Assembly (NCBI GenBank): GCA_037444305.1
Contig: JBBIMP010000018.1
Coordinates: forward strand, 1-64,000
Source of the DNA: Acidobacteriota bacterium
GTDB lineage: Bacteria; Acidobacteriota; UBA6911
Direction: 5' to 3'
Length of the DNA: 64,000 nucleotides
Shown: positions 45,838 to 56,050 of the stretch, one piece after another
Layout: each line of letters starts with the position of its first letter
Numbering within the stretch: the first letter of the stretch is position 1
Made by a program: the position numbers and the translations under genes
The notes under the pieces: model-generated
Databases searched by the model: none
Seen by the model: only the letters and a program-made list of their open reading frames with translations
Told to the model about the DNA's origin: nothing

Positions 45838-47328
45838 TCAGCGCTCCTCCTGCACCCGCTCGGAGCTCCCGCCGGTGAGAGCCGCAGCGGCGGGTTGAGG
45901 CGTCAAGCGGAATCTCAGGTAAAACGACGTTCCTTTGCCGGGCTCGCTCTCGAAGCGGATCGAGCCCTTGTGGTTGTTCACGACCTGCGACACGATGAGC
46001 AGGCCGAGGCCGGTGCCCGAATCCTTGGTCGTGAAAAAGGGCGTGAACAGGCGGTTCCAGTTTTCCCTCACTATTCCCACGCCGGTATCCTTCACGCAGA
46101 TCTCGCAGCAGTCCTTTTGCAGCGAGGTCGCGACCGTGAGGATCCCTCCCGCGGGCATGGCGTCGATGGCGTTGATCACCAGGTTCATCAGGGCGTGCCG
46201 CATCTGGGCCTCGTCGGCGGGCACCCCGGGAAGGTCCGATGCCAGCCGGAGCGTTAGCTTGATCCGCCTCGCGGGACGTTCGCTGAGCATGCTGTGCGCG
46301 ACGGTGTGAATCAGGGCGTTGATGTCCACCGGCTTGAGGTCCGGTTCGGGCATCCGGCTGTAGCCGAGAACTTCCCGCACCAGCTTCTCCAGCCGGTCCA
46401 CTTCCGACACGATGATCTGCAGCTCCTCGGTCCGCGCGTCGTCCGTCGGCGAACGGCGCAGCAGGCGGCGCGCGAATCCGCCGATCGAGACCAATGGAGT
46501 CCGGATCTCGTGTGCCAGCAGAGCGGCCATTTTCCCGACCGCCGACAGGCGCTCCGCCTGCAGCAGGTACTTCTGGTTCTGCAGCAGGGCGCGATTCGTG
46601 CTCTCGCAGGCGGCCACTTTTTCGAGCAACTCGCGGTAGAGCCGGCAGTTCTCAATGGCCCCGCTCGCCTCGTGCGCGTAGATCTGCAGCAGGCGCAGGC
46701 TCGGCAGGCCGATGGGGGCGCGGGTGAAGTAGTTGTCGGCAATCAGGACCCCGAGTTCGCGGTCGGCCATGTACAGGGGCGCGACCGCGAATTCCGCGGT
46801 GCCCAGAAGTTCGGCGACCGCGGAAGCGGCCGGCAGGGCGTGGGGTTCATGGTAGCCGCCGGCGGTCCGGCAGGCTTCGCGCGATTTCATAACGCGGATG
46901 ATGGGGTGGTCTTTGTCGGAGAGGGGAATCGCGAACCTGGCGACGATCTCGTTCACGCGCTCGTCCCTGCGGATGCCGGCCTCGTTCAACGCTTCCAGGA
47001 GATCGCCGAGGCTGCGGTGGTGCTCCATCAGTTCGCGCCAGATGACGGAGGCCTCTTCGGGGGAGCCCGGGCCGATGGCCATGCGGCCGCGCAGCAGGCC
47101 GGCATCGGTGTCGAGCAGCAGCAGGAAGGCCCGGTTGAAGCCCAGGCCGTGGCCGGCCGTGACGCCGACCAGAATCGTGTAGAGGGCCCGCTCCTCATCC
47201 AGGGTGCGCTGGAGCGCACGGCTTACTTCGTAGAGAATGCTCAGCTCGGCGAGCCGGTTCTCCGGGCTGAACGCCGCCGGCGGGGCGGGCAGTGACGGTT
47301 CGGCGCCAGGCATGGGGTGCGCTCCCAT
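45838..47328 (-). CDS. Cytoplasmic GAF-domain sensor histidine kinase
   Basis: GAF-like N-terminus. H-box ..LLAHEIRTPLVSI.., N-box ..LMNLVINAIDA.., G1 ..VKDTGVGI.. and G2 ..GTGLGLLIV... No TM segments. Confidence 0.85.
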   Translation of the reverse strand: MGAHPMPGAEPSLPAPPAAFSPENRLAELSILYEVSRALQRTLDEERALYTILVGVTAGHGLGFNRAFLLLLDTDAGLLRGRMAIGPGSPEEASVIWRELMEHHRSLGDLLEALNEAGIRRDERVNEIVARFAIPLSDKDHPIIRVMKSREACRTAGGYHEPHALPAASAVAELLGTAEFAVAPLYMADRELGVLIADNYFTRAPIGLPSLRLLQIYAHEASGAIENCRLYRELLEKVAACESTNRALLQNQKYLLQAERLSAVGKMAALLAHEIRTPLVSIGGFARRLLRRSPTDDARTEELQIIVSEVDRLEKLVREVLGYSRMPEPDLKPVDINALIHTVAHSMLSERPARRIKLTLRLASDLPGVPADEAQMRHALMNLVINAIDAMPAGGILTVATSLQKDCCEICVKDTGVGIVRENWNRLFTPFFTTKDSGTGLGLLIVSQVVNNHKGSIRFESEPGKGTSFYLRFRLTPQPAAAALTGGSSERVQEER

Positions 47329-47424
47329 CGGAACCGGGCGAGCGTCCGGGACGGCCCGGGCGCGGAATGGCGGTTGCTCGTCGCCTCGGCCGCTTCTCCT
47401 TCCGGGCCACTCGGCTCCGGTCGG

Positions 47425-48918
47425 TTAGCCATGCCTCTGATTGTATATTTTTTGGTACAGCCGCAGGTATTTTTTTGCCGATTCCCGCCACGACCAGTCC
47501 TGCGACATGCAGCGGATAACGAGCTTCCGCCATGCCGGAGGGTCGCCGTAGAGCCGCAGGGCGCGCCTGATGGCCGTCATCATTTCGCCGCTCGAGTACT
47601 CGTGGAAGGAGAAGCCGGTCCCGGTGCGGCCGTCGTAATCGATAATGGTGTCCGCCAGGCCCCCTGTTGCCCGGACGATGGGCACGGTGCCGTAGCGCAG
47701 GCTGTACAACTGGTTCAGGCCGCAGGGCTCGTATTTCGACGGCATGAGGAACATGTCGGCTCCCGCTTCCACCCGGTGCGCGAGCGCGTTGTCGAAGACG
47801 AATCGGGCGGCGACCTTTTCCGGATGGCGGTCCGACAGAGCCTGGAAGAGATCCTGGTATTTCTGCTGGCCCGTGCCCAGCACAACCAACTGCAGGTCCA
47901 GGGCCGCCAGTTCTCGCATCGCCTTTTCGATGAGATCGAAACCCTTTTGATCGGCAAGGCGCGAGACGATGCCGACGAGCGGGACTTCGCGCGCGGGTTC
48001 GGGCAGGGCGAAGTCGCGGCGCAGCTCCCGCTTGCAGATCGCCTTTCCGGCCAGATCGTCCGCGGAGTAGCTGGCGGGGATCCACCGATCGGTTTCGGGA
48101 TTCCACTCGGTATAGTCGATGCCGTTCACTATGCCGCTCAGGTGGGCGCTCCGGGTTTTGAGCACGCCCTCGAGGCCGTAGCCGTACTCGGGCCCCGCCT
48201 GAATCTCGCGGGCATAGGTCTCACTGACCGTGTTCACGAGGTCGGCCAGTTCGATGCCGGCCTTCATGAAGTTCAGCTTCCCCCAATACTCGAAGGGGGA
48301 GCCGGGATGGAAGTGCTCGGACGCAATCCCCGCCAGCGCGAGGGCTTGGGGCGGGAAGAGCCCTTGGTGCGCCAGATTGTGAATGGTCAGCAGGACGCCC
48401 GTGCGCGCGAAGAAAGGATCGTCCCGGTACACGGTGCGGAGAAGGCCGGGCACGAGGGCCGTGTGGGAGTCGTGGCAGTGAATGACGTGGACCGGAATGC
48501 CCCGTCCCCGCAGGAACAGCAGTCCCGCCTTCATGAAGAAGATGAAGCGCTCGGCGTTGTCCTCGAAGCCCATGCGGGTTTTGGGGTCATCGTAGATCCC
48601 GTCCCTGGAGAAGTAATCGCGCCCGCCGAACAGGAACACCTGGATGCCTGTTCCCGGGACGACCGTCCGGTAGACCCGGGCGGGGATTTCGTCCTTTCCC
48701 AGCGTCACCGAAAACGCGGGCATTTCCTGGAAGGGTTGAATGCCGTGGGCATCGAAGTCGATCGCGCCGTATGCGGGGAGGAACACCGAGACGCGCGCGC
48801 CGAGCCTTTCCAGGTTCTGCGGCAGGGCCCCGACGACATCCGCGAGGCCGCCGACCTTCGCAAAGGGCGTGGCCTCGGCCGAGAACATTGCGACGTCAAG
48901 CGCTGGCGTGTGTTTCAT
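47425..48918 (-). CDS. glgA: Glycogen synthase (ADP-glucose type, GT5)
   Basis: N-terminal ..AEATPFAKVGGLADVVGALP.. (K-x-G-G-L) and a C-terminal E-x7-E region ..LMPSKYEPCGLNQLYSLRYGTVPIV... The start is taken at MKHTPAL (48918). Confidence 0.85.
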   Translation of the reverse strand: MKHTPALDVAMFSAEATPFAKVGGLADVVGALPQNLERLGARVSVFLPAYGAIDFDAHGIQPFQEMPAFSVTLGKDEIPARVYRTVVPGTGIQVFLFGGRDYFSRDGIYDDPKTRMGFEDNAERFIFFMKAGLLFLRGRGIPVHVIHCHDSHTALVPGLLRTVYRDDPFFARTGVLLTIHNLAHQGLFPPQALALAGIASEHFHPGSPFEYWGKLNFMKAGIELADLVNTVSETYAREIQAGPEYGYGLEGVLKTRSAHLSGIVNGIDYTEWNPETDRWIPASYSADDLAGKAICKRELRRDFALPEPAREVPLVGIVSRLADQKGFDLIEKAMRELAALDLQLVVLGTGQQKYQDLFQALSDRHPEKVAARFVFDNALAHRVEAGADMFLMPSKYEPCGLNQLYSLRYGTVPIVRATGGLADTIIDYDGRTGTGFSFHEYSSGEMMTAIRRALRLYGDPPAWRKLVIRCMSQDWSWRESAKKYLRLYQKIYNQRHG

Positions 48919-49044
48919 GGGATCCTGGTTCCTTAAATGCTGCCCGCGCAGCCGCTCCGGCATGATCATCGGGACCAGGCCGGGCCGGCGGATTGCGCAG
49001 ATTCGCGGCTGATTCCCGGGCTCCGCTTTCCTGGCTTCCGCGGG

Positions 49045-50073
49045 TTACAGTTCCACCTCGCGGAGATATTTCGCGGCCTCTTCGGGCGCCGTGGGATTGA
49101 TGTAAAACCCGGTTCCCCATTCGAAGCCCGCGACGCTGGTGAGGCGGGGAATGATCTCGAAATGCCAGTGGAAGTCGACCGTTATCGTGTCCCAGTAAGC
49201 CGTGCGCTTGGGCGTGGCGCGCGTGTTGGGAATGGTGTGGATCAGAAAATTGTAGGGGGGGTCGTTCAGGCATTTCTTGATTCTCTGCAGCAGCTCTTTC
49301 AGCGTCCGGGCGAGGCCGCGGAGCATGTCGTCGCTGATTTCCGCGAAGCTGTGGTGGTGATTGCGCGGAGCCAGAAAGAGCTCGAAGGGAAAGCGGGAGG
49401 CGTACGGGGTCAGAGCGACGAAGGCGTCGTTTGCCATGACGATCCGCTCCTCCCTGTCCAGTTCCTCCGCGAGGATGTCGCAGAACAGGCAACGCTCTTT
49501 GACCTGGTAGTGCCGCTTCGCGGAATTGAGCTCCTCGGCCAGCGTGAGCGGCGTCACCGGGGTTGCGATGATCTGGGTGTGCGGGTGGGCCAGCGAGGCC
49601 CCGGCCGCGGCGCCGTGATTCCGGAAGATGAGGATGTACTTGAAACGTCCGTCCCGCAGGAGATCCACGAGCCGTTCCCGGTACATCCAGAGAACCTTCG
49701 TGAGGTCCTCCACGGGCATGTCCGCCATGTCCATGTCGTGCCTGGGAGTCTCGATGATGACCTCGTGTGCGCCGACGCCGTTCATGCGGTCGTGCACCCC
49801 GATGCCCTTGCGTTCGAGCGCGCCTTCGATGCGGAGGGCGGGAAACTTGTTGGGCACGACGCGGACCTCCCAGCCGGGCGTGTTGGGGCCGGTGCCGTTC
49901 GGGCGAATTGCATAGATCTCGGGAGGAGTCTTGCCCTCGTTGCCTTCGCAAAAGGGGCAGAAACCTTCCGCCAGGGCCGCATCCTGCTTGGGGAAATCGT
50001 CGGGCCGGCGGCCCCTTTCGGTTGCGATGATTACCCAGCGCTTCTGGATCGGGTCGTGTCGTAGTTCTGGCAT
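49045..50073 (-). CDS. galT: Galactose-1-phosphate uridylyltransferase-like (GalT/HIT-family nucleotidyltransferase)
   Basis: ..CPFCEGNE.. (zinc site) and ..ASLAHPHTQIIA.. (H-x-H-x-Q active site). The start is taken at MPELRHDP (50073). Confidence 0.75.
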   Translation of the reverse strand: MPELRHDPIQKRWVIIATERGRRPDDFPKQDAALAEGFCPFCEGNEGKTPPEIYAIRPNGTGPNTPGWEVRVVPNKFPALRIEGALERKGIGVHDRMNGVGAHEVIIETPRHDMDMADMPVEDLTKVLWMYRERLVDLLRDGRFKYILIFRNHGAAAGASLAHPHTQIIATPVTPLTLAEELNSAKRHYQVKERCLFCDILAEELDREERIVMANDAFVALTPYASRFPFELFLAPRNHHHSFAEISDDMLRGLARTLKELLQRIKKCLNDPPYNFLIHTIPNTRATPKRTAYWDTITVDFHWHFEIIPRLTSVAGFEWGTGFYINPTAPEEAAKYLREVEL

Positions 50074-50247
50074 AGGCGGGACGCTCAGCCTGCAGTCATT
50101 TCCGGGTGAAGCCCGGAGCCTCCGGGCGGTTCCTGTTCCACGCGCCGATGGTAGCAGGAGTGCGCAGAGAAAGTCCCGCACATTATTGCCTCCCGGGCTC
50201 GCACCCGGGTGCGGGGAACCGGTCCGCAAACGGGCGGAACATCCGTC

Positions 50248-52419
50248 TCAGACCATCCATTCGTAGTGATCCAGCCCCCAGGGGTCCACCGGGACCGTGA
50301 TGAAGCCGCTGGCGGGGAATCTCTCCACCTCGTGCCCCTTTTCAAAAATCGAAACGGAAAAACTCACCTCGTCCGGACCGTCGATGCCGAGCGCCGCCAG
50401 GGGTACCGCGGCCTCGAGGATCCGGTCCCCGGCGAAGCTTGCGGCAGCTCCCTCGACGGGGCTCTGAAACTCGAGGATCTGCCATTGCGTGGGGGCCTCC
50501 ATTCCGGCAAGCAGGCGGCACTCAAGGGGGCCGATCAGGTCCAGCTGCACGGAGGTGGCGTCCGTCATCCTGCGCCGGGCCTCCTCGGTGAAATCGACCC
50601 TGAGGTAGAAATATTCCTTGTCGTAGCCGAAAAAGGTCATCTCGAGGTAGCGCACGAGACGGTGCATGGCGTCGCCGCCGCCCGCGGCGGCGAAGCCGGC
50701 GGATAGCCACTCGAAGTAGCTGGTGACCTTGCCGTCGATCACGGGGTGAATGGTCTGAGTGGGGTTGCGGAACTGTGTCGAGGCCCGGGCCTGCTTTATC
50801 GGCAGGTCCAGGTTCGAGGGGGACTTGAGGCCGAGCACGCGGTAGGCGCTTTTTATGCGGTTTCTGAAGAGAGCGTCGAATTCCGCCGCGTTCTGCGTCT
50901 GGTGGTCGTCGCCATACCACCAGAACCAGTCGCTGCCTTCGGCGACCAGAATGTGGCGAAAGGCCTCCGCGAGAGCGGCGGAGTCCCCCTCCTCCCTTGC
51001 ACGCTCGGCGAGGACCTGCCGGGCAAGGGCGAGGCACTCCCAGGCGCGGTTCTTTTCGGGGTGGCCTATCCACGTGGCCAGGTTCCCGTAGATCCAGCTC
51101 CCCGCAACGAAGGTCGGGAGGCTCTCGCGGTGCGGCTCGAGCTGCAGATACTGCGAAAAGGTCGTGGGCCGGATGAAATCAGCTTCCGTCAAGCCGCGGT
51201 AGAGCGCCTCGAGGAAGTCCTTGCCGTTGTTCGGGTAGTGTTCCCACGCATTTTCGCCGTCGAGGATCACCGGGACGACATAGTGCGTACCGTCATCCGG
51301 GACGGAGCGGTGAATCTCCCGGAGGCGAGCCAGGAAGTCCGCCGCGGCATCGGCGGCGTGCCAGCGCGAGTAAATGAACCCGACCAGGTCGGAGAGCTCG
51401 TGATCCCGGAAAAATAGGCATGGACCGCGCTCGCCCCAGCGGTAGGTCCGATACTGCCGGGCGGGCGCATCCTTCAACCGGATCCCCGACTCGCGCAGGG
51501 AGTTGGCGAGGACGGCTTCGTCGGATGCCAGCCACTGGATTTCCGCGGCGGCTGCGACCGAGAGCGATTCGGCGCTCAGGGCTCCCTCGGAGGGCCACAT
51601 GCCCCGGGGCGGCTGGCCGAACTCCTCGGCAAAACGGCGCACGGCCGAGTCGATCTGGCGCCGGGCATCGGCGGGGTGCGCAAAACTGCTCGAGGGTAGG
51701 CTGATGCCGGGCAGAGCTTCCCTCGCGGAGCGGCCGTCGCACAACAGGGGGAGGATGGGGTGATAGTAGGGCGATGCCGACAGCTCGATCCTGCGCTCCT
51801 CCGCCAGGCTCCGGTACAGGGGAAGAATGGTGCCGATGAACGCGAGCTGGCGCTCGAACAGGACTTCCTTGTCCGCCTCGTTGAAGCCCCTCCCCTTGCG
51901 CAACAGCCCGGCCACGGCCGGGTCCTTCCGCAGGCAGTCGCCGCACCAGCTCAGGTTGTACCAGACCTGCAGGTCCCGGTAGTCCTGCGCCGAAAATCGC
52001 TTCACCGCCGCTGAATAGGTGCCGGTCGGATCCTCCGGCCCGCGGCGGTCGTGGAGTTCCCGGTAGCGGGGGTAGGGAAGGATCATCTGCTTCCAGGGCA
52101 GCTGGAAGAAAGTCTTCAGGAGGAAGGCCCGTTCCCTCTCGTCCAGCTGATTCGGCTCCCGCAGGGAGAGGGACATGCAGGTTTCGGTGGCCCGGCCGCC
52201 GGCATAATGGCCGAGCTGGTCCAGGAGCGTCGGGACCATATTGATGGTCAGGCTCATCTGCGGGATCTCGGCCGCGGTGGCGGCCATGTCGTAGTAATCC
52301 TTGATGGCGTGGAATCTGGTCCAGGGCAGAATGATCTCCCCGGTGCGGGGATCCTGGTAGTCGGGTTGGTGCATGTGCCACAGGATGGCCACGCACAGTG
52401 GTTTTTTCGCCATGCGCAT
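50248..52419 (-). CDS. Glycoside hydrolase family 57 (alpha-glucan branching/amylopullulanase-type)
   Basis: ..AILWHMHQPDY.. (GH57 region I), ..PYYHPILPLL.. and ..WPSEGALS.. (catalytic Glu) ... ..ILDGENAWE.. and ..EGSDWFWWYGDD... The start is taken at MRMAKKP, with an AAGAGGA RBS. Confidence 0.85.
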   Translation of the reverse strand: MRMAKKPLCVAILWHMHQPDYQDPRTGEIILPWTRFHAIKDYYDMAATAAEIPQMSLTINMVPTLLDQLGHYAGGRATETCMSLSLREPNQLDERERAFLLKTFFQLPWKQMILPYPRYRELHDRRGPEDPTGTYSAAVKRFSAQDYRDLQVWYNLSWCGDCLRKDPAVAGLLRKGRGFNEADKEVLFERQLAFIGTILPLYRSLAEERRIELSASPYYHPILPLLCDGRSAREALPGISLPSSSFAHPADARRQIDSAVRRFAEEFGQPPRGMWPSEGALSAESLSVAAAAEIQWLASDEAVLANSLRESGIRLKDAPARQYRTYRWGERGPCLFFRDHELSDLVGFIYSRWHAADAAADFLARLREIHRSVPDDGTHYVVPVILDGENAWEHYPNNGKDFLEALYRGLTEADFIRPTTFSQYLQLEPHRESLPTFVAGSWIYGNLATWIGHPEKNRAWECLALARQVLAERAREEGDSAALAEAFRHILVAEGSDWFWWYGDDHQTQNAAEFDALFRNRIKSAYRVLGLKSPSNLDLPIKQARASTQFRNPTQTIHPVIDGKVTSYFEWLSAGFAAAGGGDAMHRLVRYLEMTFFGYDKEYFYLRVDFTEEARRRMTDATSVQLDLIGPLECRLLAGMEAPTQWQILEFQSPVEGAAASFAGDRILEAAVPLAALGIDGPDEVSFSVSIFEKGHEVERFPASGFITVPVDPWGLDHYEWMV

Positions 52420-52640
52420 TCCTCTTGCTACCGCCGCCGGCCGGGCACGGTCTGCGCCGCGCAGATTATCAAAAACCGGCCCCACACCGCCAGTAGGCGG
52501 GAGTGCCTCCGGCTCCCCAGGATTTCGTATCGACCGGGAGGCTCGAAAAACGAGCATTTCGCTTGACCATGCGTCACCGGCGGTGCTATCTGTGGCCTAA
52601 ATTCCATCCGGATAACTGAGAATCTAAGGAGGGCGACACC

Positions 52641-52919
52641 TTGAACAAGGGAGATCTGGTTGCAAAGATCGCGGCAGATGCATCCATCACGAAAACCCAG
52701 GCGGAGAAGGCCTTCAATTCCCTGGTGAAGAGCATCACGGGATCACTGAAGAAGGGGCAGAAAACCACCATTGTCGGATTCGGCAGCTTTTCGGTCGGCA
52801 AACGGAAAGCGCGCCTCGGGAGAAATCCGCAGACCGGGGCCATGATCAGGATCCCGGCTCGCAAGGTTCCCAAGTTTACCGCGGGCAGCGATCTCAAGAA
52901 AGCCGTCAACGCCAGGTAG
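52641..52919 (+). CDS. hup: HU-family nucleoid-associated DNA-binding protein
   Basis: 92 aa: MNKGDLVAKIAADASITKTQAEKA...IVGFGSFSVGKRKARLGRNPQTGAMIRIPARKVPKFTAG. Confidence 0.9.
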   Translation: MNKGDLVAKIAADASITKTQAEKAFNSLVKSITGSLKKGQKTTIVGFGSFSVGKRKARLGRNPQTGAMIRIPARKVPKFTAGSDLKKAVNAR

Positions 52920-52944
52920 GAAACGAATAGGGGCAAACGAAAAA

Positions 52945-52970
52945 GCCCCCGGAGCCCGGGGGCTTTTTTG
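52945..52970. terminator. Bidirectional intrinsic terminator between hup and rpoD
   Basis: GCCCCCGG-AGC-CCGGGGGC followed by TTTTTT. On the opposite strand the hairpin is preceded by an A-tract, so an equivalent T-tract follows it when read from the rpoD side. Confidence 0.75.
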
Positions 52971-52992
52971 CAGGCGCGTCGGTCACGTCGGG

Positions 52993-54564
52993 TCAGTTCT
53001 TGCTGACGAAATTGGAGAACTCACGCAGTTTGCTCGAGCGATAGGGGCTGCGCAGTTTCAGCAGCGCCTTCTCTTCAATCTGGCGGATGCGCTCGCGCGT
53101 GACGTGGAAAAGCTCGCCCACCTCCTGCAGCGTGTATTCCTTGCCGGCGTCGTTCAGCCCGTAGCGCATCCGGACGATCTCCTGCTCGCGGGGAGACAAG
53201 GTCTGCAGAGCGGCCATGGTCACCTCGCGCAGACTGCGCCTCATGGCATCGTCATCCGGGGAGACCGCCGTCTTGTCCTCGATGAACTTGTTCAGCACCG
53301 CGTCCTTGTTGTCGGCGATACTGGCCTCCAGCGAGATCGGCTCCTGCGCGGCTTTCAAGATCTGGGTGATTTTGACCACCGGCGTCTTGAGCTCCTTCGA
53401 GAGCTCGTGAACGGTGGGCTCCCGCCCCAGCCGCTTGGAAAGCTCGTTCGAGGTCTTCAGCACGCGGTTCATGGCCTCGACCATGTGCACCGGAACCCTG
53501 ATGGTCCGGCCCTGGTCCGCGATGGCGCGCGTGATGCTCTGACGGATCCACCACGTTGCATAGGTCGAAAACTTGTGGCCCAGCCGGTAGTTGAATTTGT
53601 CTACGGCTTTCATGAGGCCCATGTTGCCTTCCTGCACCAGGTCCAGGAGATCCAGACCAGGGTAGGAATAGTGTTTGGCGATGCTGAGGACCAGCCGCAG
53701 GTTGGCGCGCACGAATTCATCCTTGGCGTGGGCCATCTGTGCCTTGTTCTCCCGGATCAAACCGAGAATGCGGCCCAGCTCCATGGTGTTGGTCAGGTGC
53801 TGTGCCTCCAGGCTTTTCCGGCGGGCAATCGCCTCGCGTACCGCCTTGGTCCTCCGGTCCACGGGCCGGCTCTTGGGCAGCTCGCACTCGTTCATCTCCT
53901 GCAGGACCTCCTCCAGCCGCCGCACCAGCGAATGCACCTGGGACTCGGAAAAGTCGATGCGGGAGAAGAGCGCGAAGATGGCTTCGCGGCACTTCTGGAT
54001 CTTGGCGAGCTCCTTTTGCCGGTCGCCGTTGCGAGACTTCTTTTTTTTCAGGCCCTCCTTCAGCGCGCGGTGCCGGACCTCCAGCTGCTTGAGGCGGCCG
54101 GTGATCTTCCGAAGCTCCTTTTCCCTGGCCAGGCCGGCCTCCGGACCGGCACTCCCCTCCTCGTCCGTCGTCTCGGTGGGTGCCGGGCTGAGCTGATCGG
54201 CCATCCGGAATACCTGGGCGGACGAGATCGAGGTCAGCGCCAGCAGCCGCAGGATGTTCGTCTGCGCCGACTCGATCTTCTTGGCCAGATAGACCTCCTC
54301 CTCGCGCGTCAGAAGGGGGATTTTGCTCATGCTGCGATAGTATATGTAGAGGGGATCCGGAGCGGCGGACGATGCTTCCCCTTTCGTGGCCAGGCGGTTC
54401 TCAACCGGCGTGCGAGGGAAGCGCACCCGATCCACGTAATTTTCGCGGGTCAGACCCGGCAACCGGTCCGAGTCGTGATCCCCGGACGCGCGCACTTCTT
54501 CAGCACCGTCGAAATCGTCCGATACCTCAACCTCTTCACGTTCTTCACAATCAACCATTTGCAT
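52993..54564 (-). CDS. rpoD: RNA polymerase primary sigma factor sigma70
   Basis: ..DLLDLVQEGNMGLMKAVDKFNYRLGHKFSTYATWWIRQSITRAIADQ.. (region 2), ..LREVTMAALQTLSPREQEIVRMRYGL.. (region 4), and an acidic region 1.1. The start is ambiguous (54564, or GTG at 54600). Confidence 0.9.
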   Translation of the reverse strand: MQMVDCEEREEVEVSDDFDGAEEVRASGDHDSDRLPGLTRENYVDRVRFPRTPVENRLATKGEASSAAPDPLYIYYRSMSKIPLLTREEEVYLAKKIESAQTNILRLLALTSISSAQVFRMADQLSPAPTETTDEEGSAGPEAGLAREKELRKITGRLKQLEVRHRALKEGLKKKKSRNGDRQKELAKIQKCREAIFALFSRIDFSESQVHSLVRRLEEVLQEMNECELPKSRPVDRRTKAVREAIARRKSLEAQHLTNTMELGRILGLIRENKAQMAHAKDEFVRANLRLVLSIAKHYSYPGLDLLDLVQEGNMGLMKAVDKFNYRLGHKFSTYATWWIRQSITRAIADQGRTIRVPVHMVEAMNRVLKTSNELSKRLGREPTVHELSKELKTPVVKITQILKAAQEPISLEASIADNKDAVLNKFIEDKTAVSPDDDAMRRSLREVTMAALQTLSPREQEIVRMRYGLNDAGKEYTLQEVGELFHVTRERIRQIEEKALLKLRSPYRSSKLREFSNFVSKN

Positions 54565-55073
54565 AAGAACCCAACCCCCGGCAGGGCGCCGATGTACCAC
54601 TACCCGGCACCCCGCTGTTGATTACTTGACCTCTACGGCCGAGGCCTTGGCGGCCGGCCACCAAACCCGAGACAGAGCCTAGAATATCAGATATGTATGA
54701 CCTTAAAATGTTTCAGCCGTCGGTTGCGAAACTTCAGAACCGATCCGCCGCGCCGGGCGTCGCGAGGGTTGTCTTCCGTGATAGTACGCCGTGTGCTGCC
54801 GCCCGGTTCCCATTTAATGTTCGACCCTGGCATCTCTGTTGGCAATCCTTGGACGAGATCGCCGGAAAAATCTTCCTCTGAAATGTGAAATTTCTCTCTG
54901 CCCTCACCCGGGCTCTGCGGGATCCTTGTCGCAATCCGCAGAAAACGCATCGGTAGTTTCAAGCCGCCCTCCAATCCCCCCTGCCCCGTGAGCCCTCGCA
55001 GCCCGATTGACTCCCTCGGGCCGATTCAATATCATTTCTGCTTTCGCTATTGATCCTTCAGGAGGATTCAGGC

Positions 55074-56006
55074 GTGATCGAAGTGGAAAATCTCACCAAG
55101 GTCTACAATCAGCACAGAGCCGTTGACGGCATCTCCTTCCGGGTGGAGAAGGGAGAAATACTCGGCTTTCTCGGCCCGAACGGCGCGGGAAAAACCACAA
55201 CCATGCGCATCCTCACCTGCTACATGCCTGCCACGGAGGGTACGGCACGCGTCGCCGGGTACGATGTCTTCGAAGAGAGCATCGATGTCCGCCGGCGGAT
55301 CGGCTACCTTCCGGAAAGCCCGCCATTATATCCTGAGATGACGGTGAATTCCTACTTAAATTTTGTGGCCCGGATCAAGGGGGTGCCTTCGGCACGGCGG
55401 CGGTCCTCTGTCGATGACGTCATGCAGAAGTGCAGCATAGGCGATGTGGGCCGCAGAATCATCGGCAAGCTCTCCAAGGGCTACAAGCAGCGCGTGGGGC
55501 TGGCCCAGGCCCTGCTCAACAACCCGGAAGTCCTCATTCTGGACGAGCCGACGATCGGCCTGGACCCCAAACAGATTTTCGAAGTGCGATCCCTGATAAA
55601 AAACCTGGCCGGGGAACACACGGTCGTATTGTCGACCCACATACTCCCCGAGGTGAGCATGACCTGCAGCCGCGTCGTCATCATCGACCGCGGGAAGGTA
55701 GTCGCGCAGGATACCCCGCAGGGCCTGACCAACCAGATGAAGGGCGCGGAGAGAATCGCCCTGCAGATCGACGGGCCCCGGGAAGCCGTGCTCGAAAAGC
55801 TGCGGAGCATTGACGGCGTCCTCAGCGTCCAGGCTGGAGACGGCCAGGGTCCGGCCGCCGACTACACCGTGGAGTGCAGGCTGGAAAGCGACCTGCGGAG
55901 CGCGCTGGCCCAGGCGGTGGTTTCGCAGGGGTGGGGATTGCTCGAGTTGCGGGGCATCTCGCTGAGCCTGGAGGACGTTTTCATCAACCTCGTGACGAGG
56001 GAATAG
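55074..56006 (+). CDS. ABC transporter ATP-binding protein (ABC-2/GldA-like)
   Basis: A GTG start with an AGGAGG RBS. Walker A GPNGAGKTT, signature LSKGYKQRVGLAQAL, Walker B VLILDEPT, H-loop. Confidence 0.85.
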   Translation: MIEVENLTKVYNQHRAVDGISFRVEKGEILGFLGPNGAGKTTTMRILTCYMPATEGTARVAGYDVFEESIDVRRRIGYLPESPPLYPEMTVNSYLNFVARIKGVPSARRRSSVDDVMQKCSIGDVGRRIIGKLSKGYKQRVGLAQALLNNPEVLILDEPTIGLDPKQIFEVRSLIKNLAGEHTVVLSTHILPEVSMTCSRVVIIDRGKVVAQDTPQGLTNQMKGAERIALQIDGPREAVLEKLRSIDGVLSVQAGDGQGPAADYTVECRLESDLRSALAQAVVSQGWGLLELRGISLSLEDVFINLVTRE

Positions 56007-56050
56007 ACGGGCATCCGCAAGCCTGTTCAACGAAGTCGAGGGCGCGTGAT

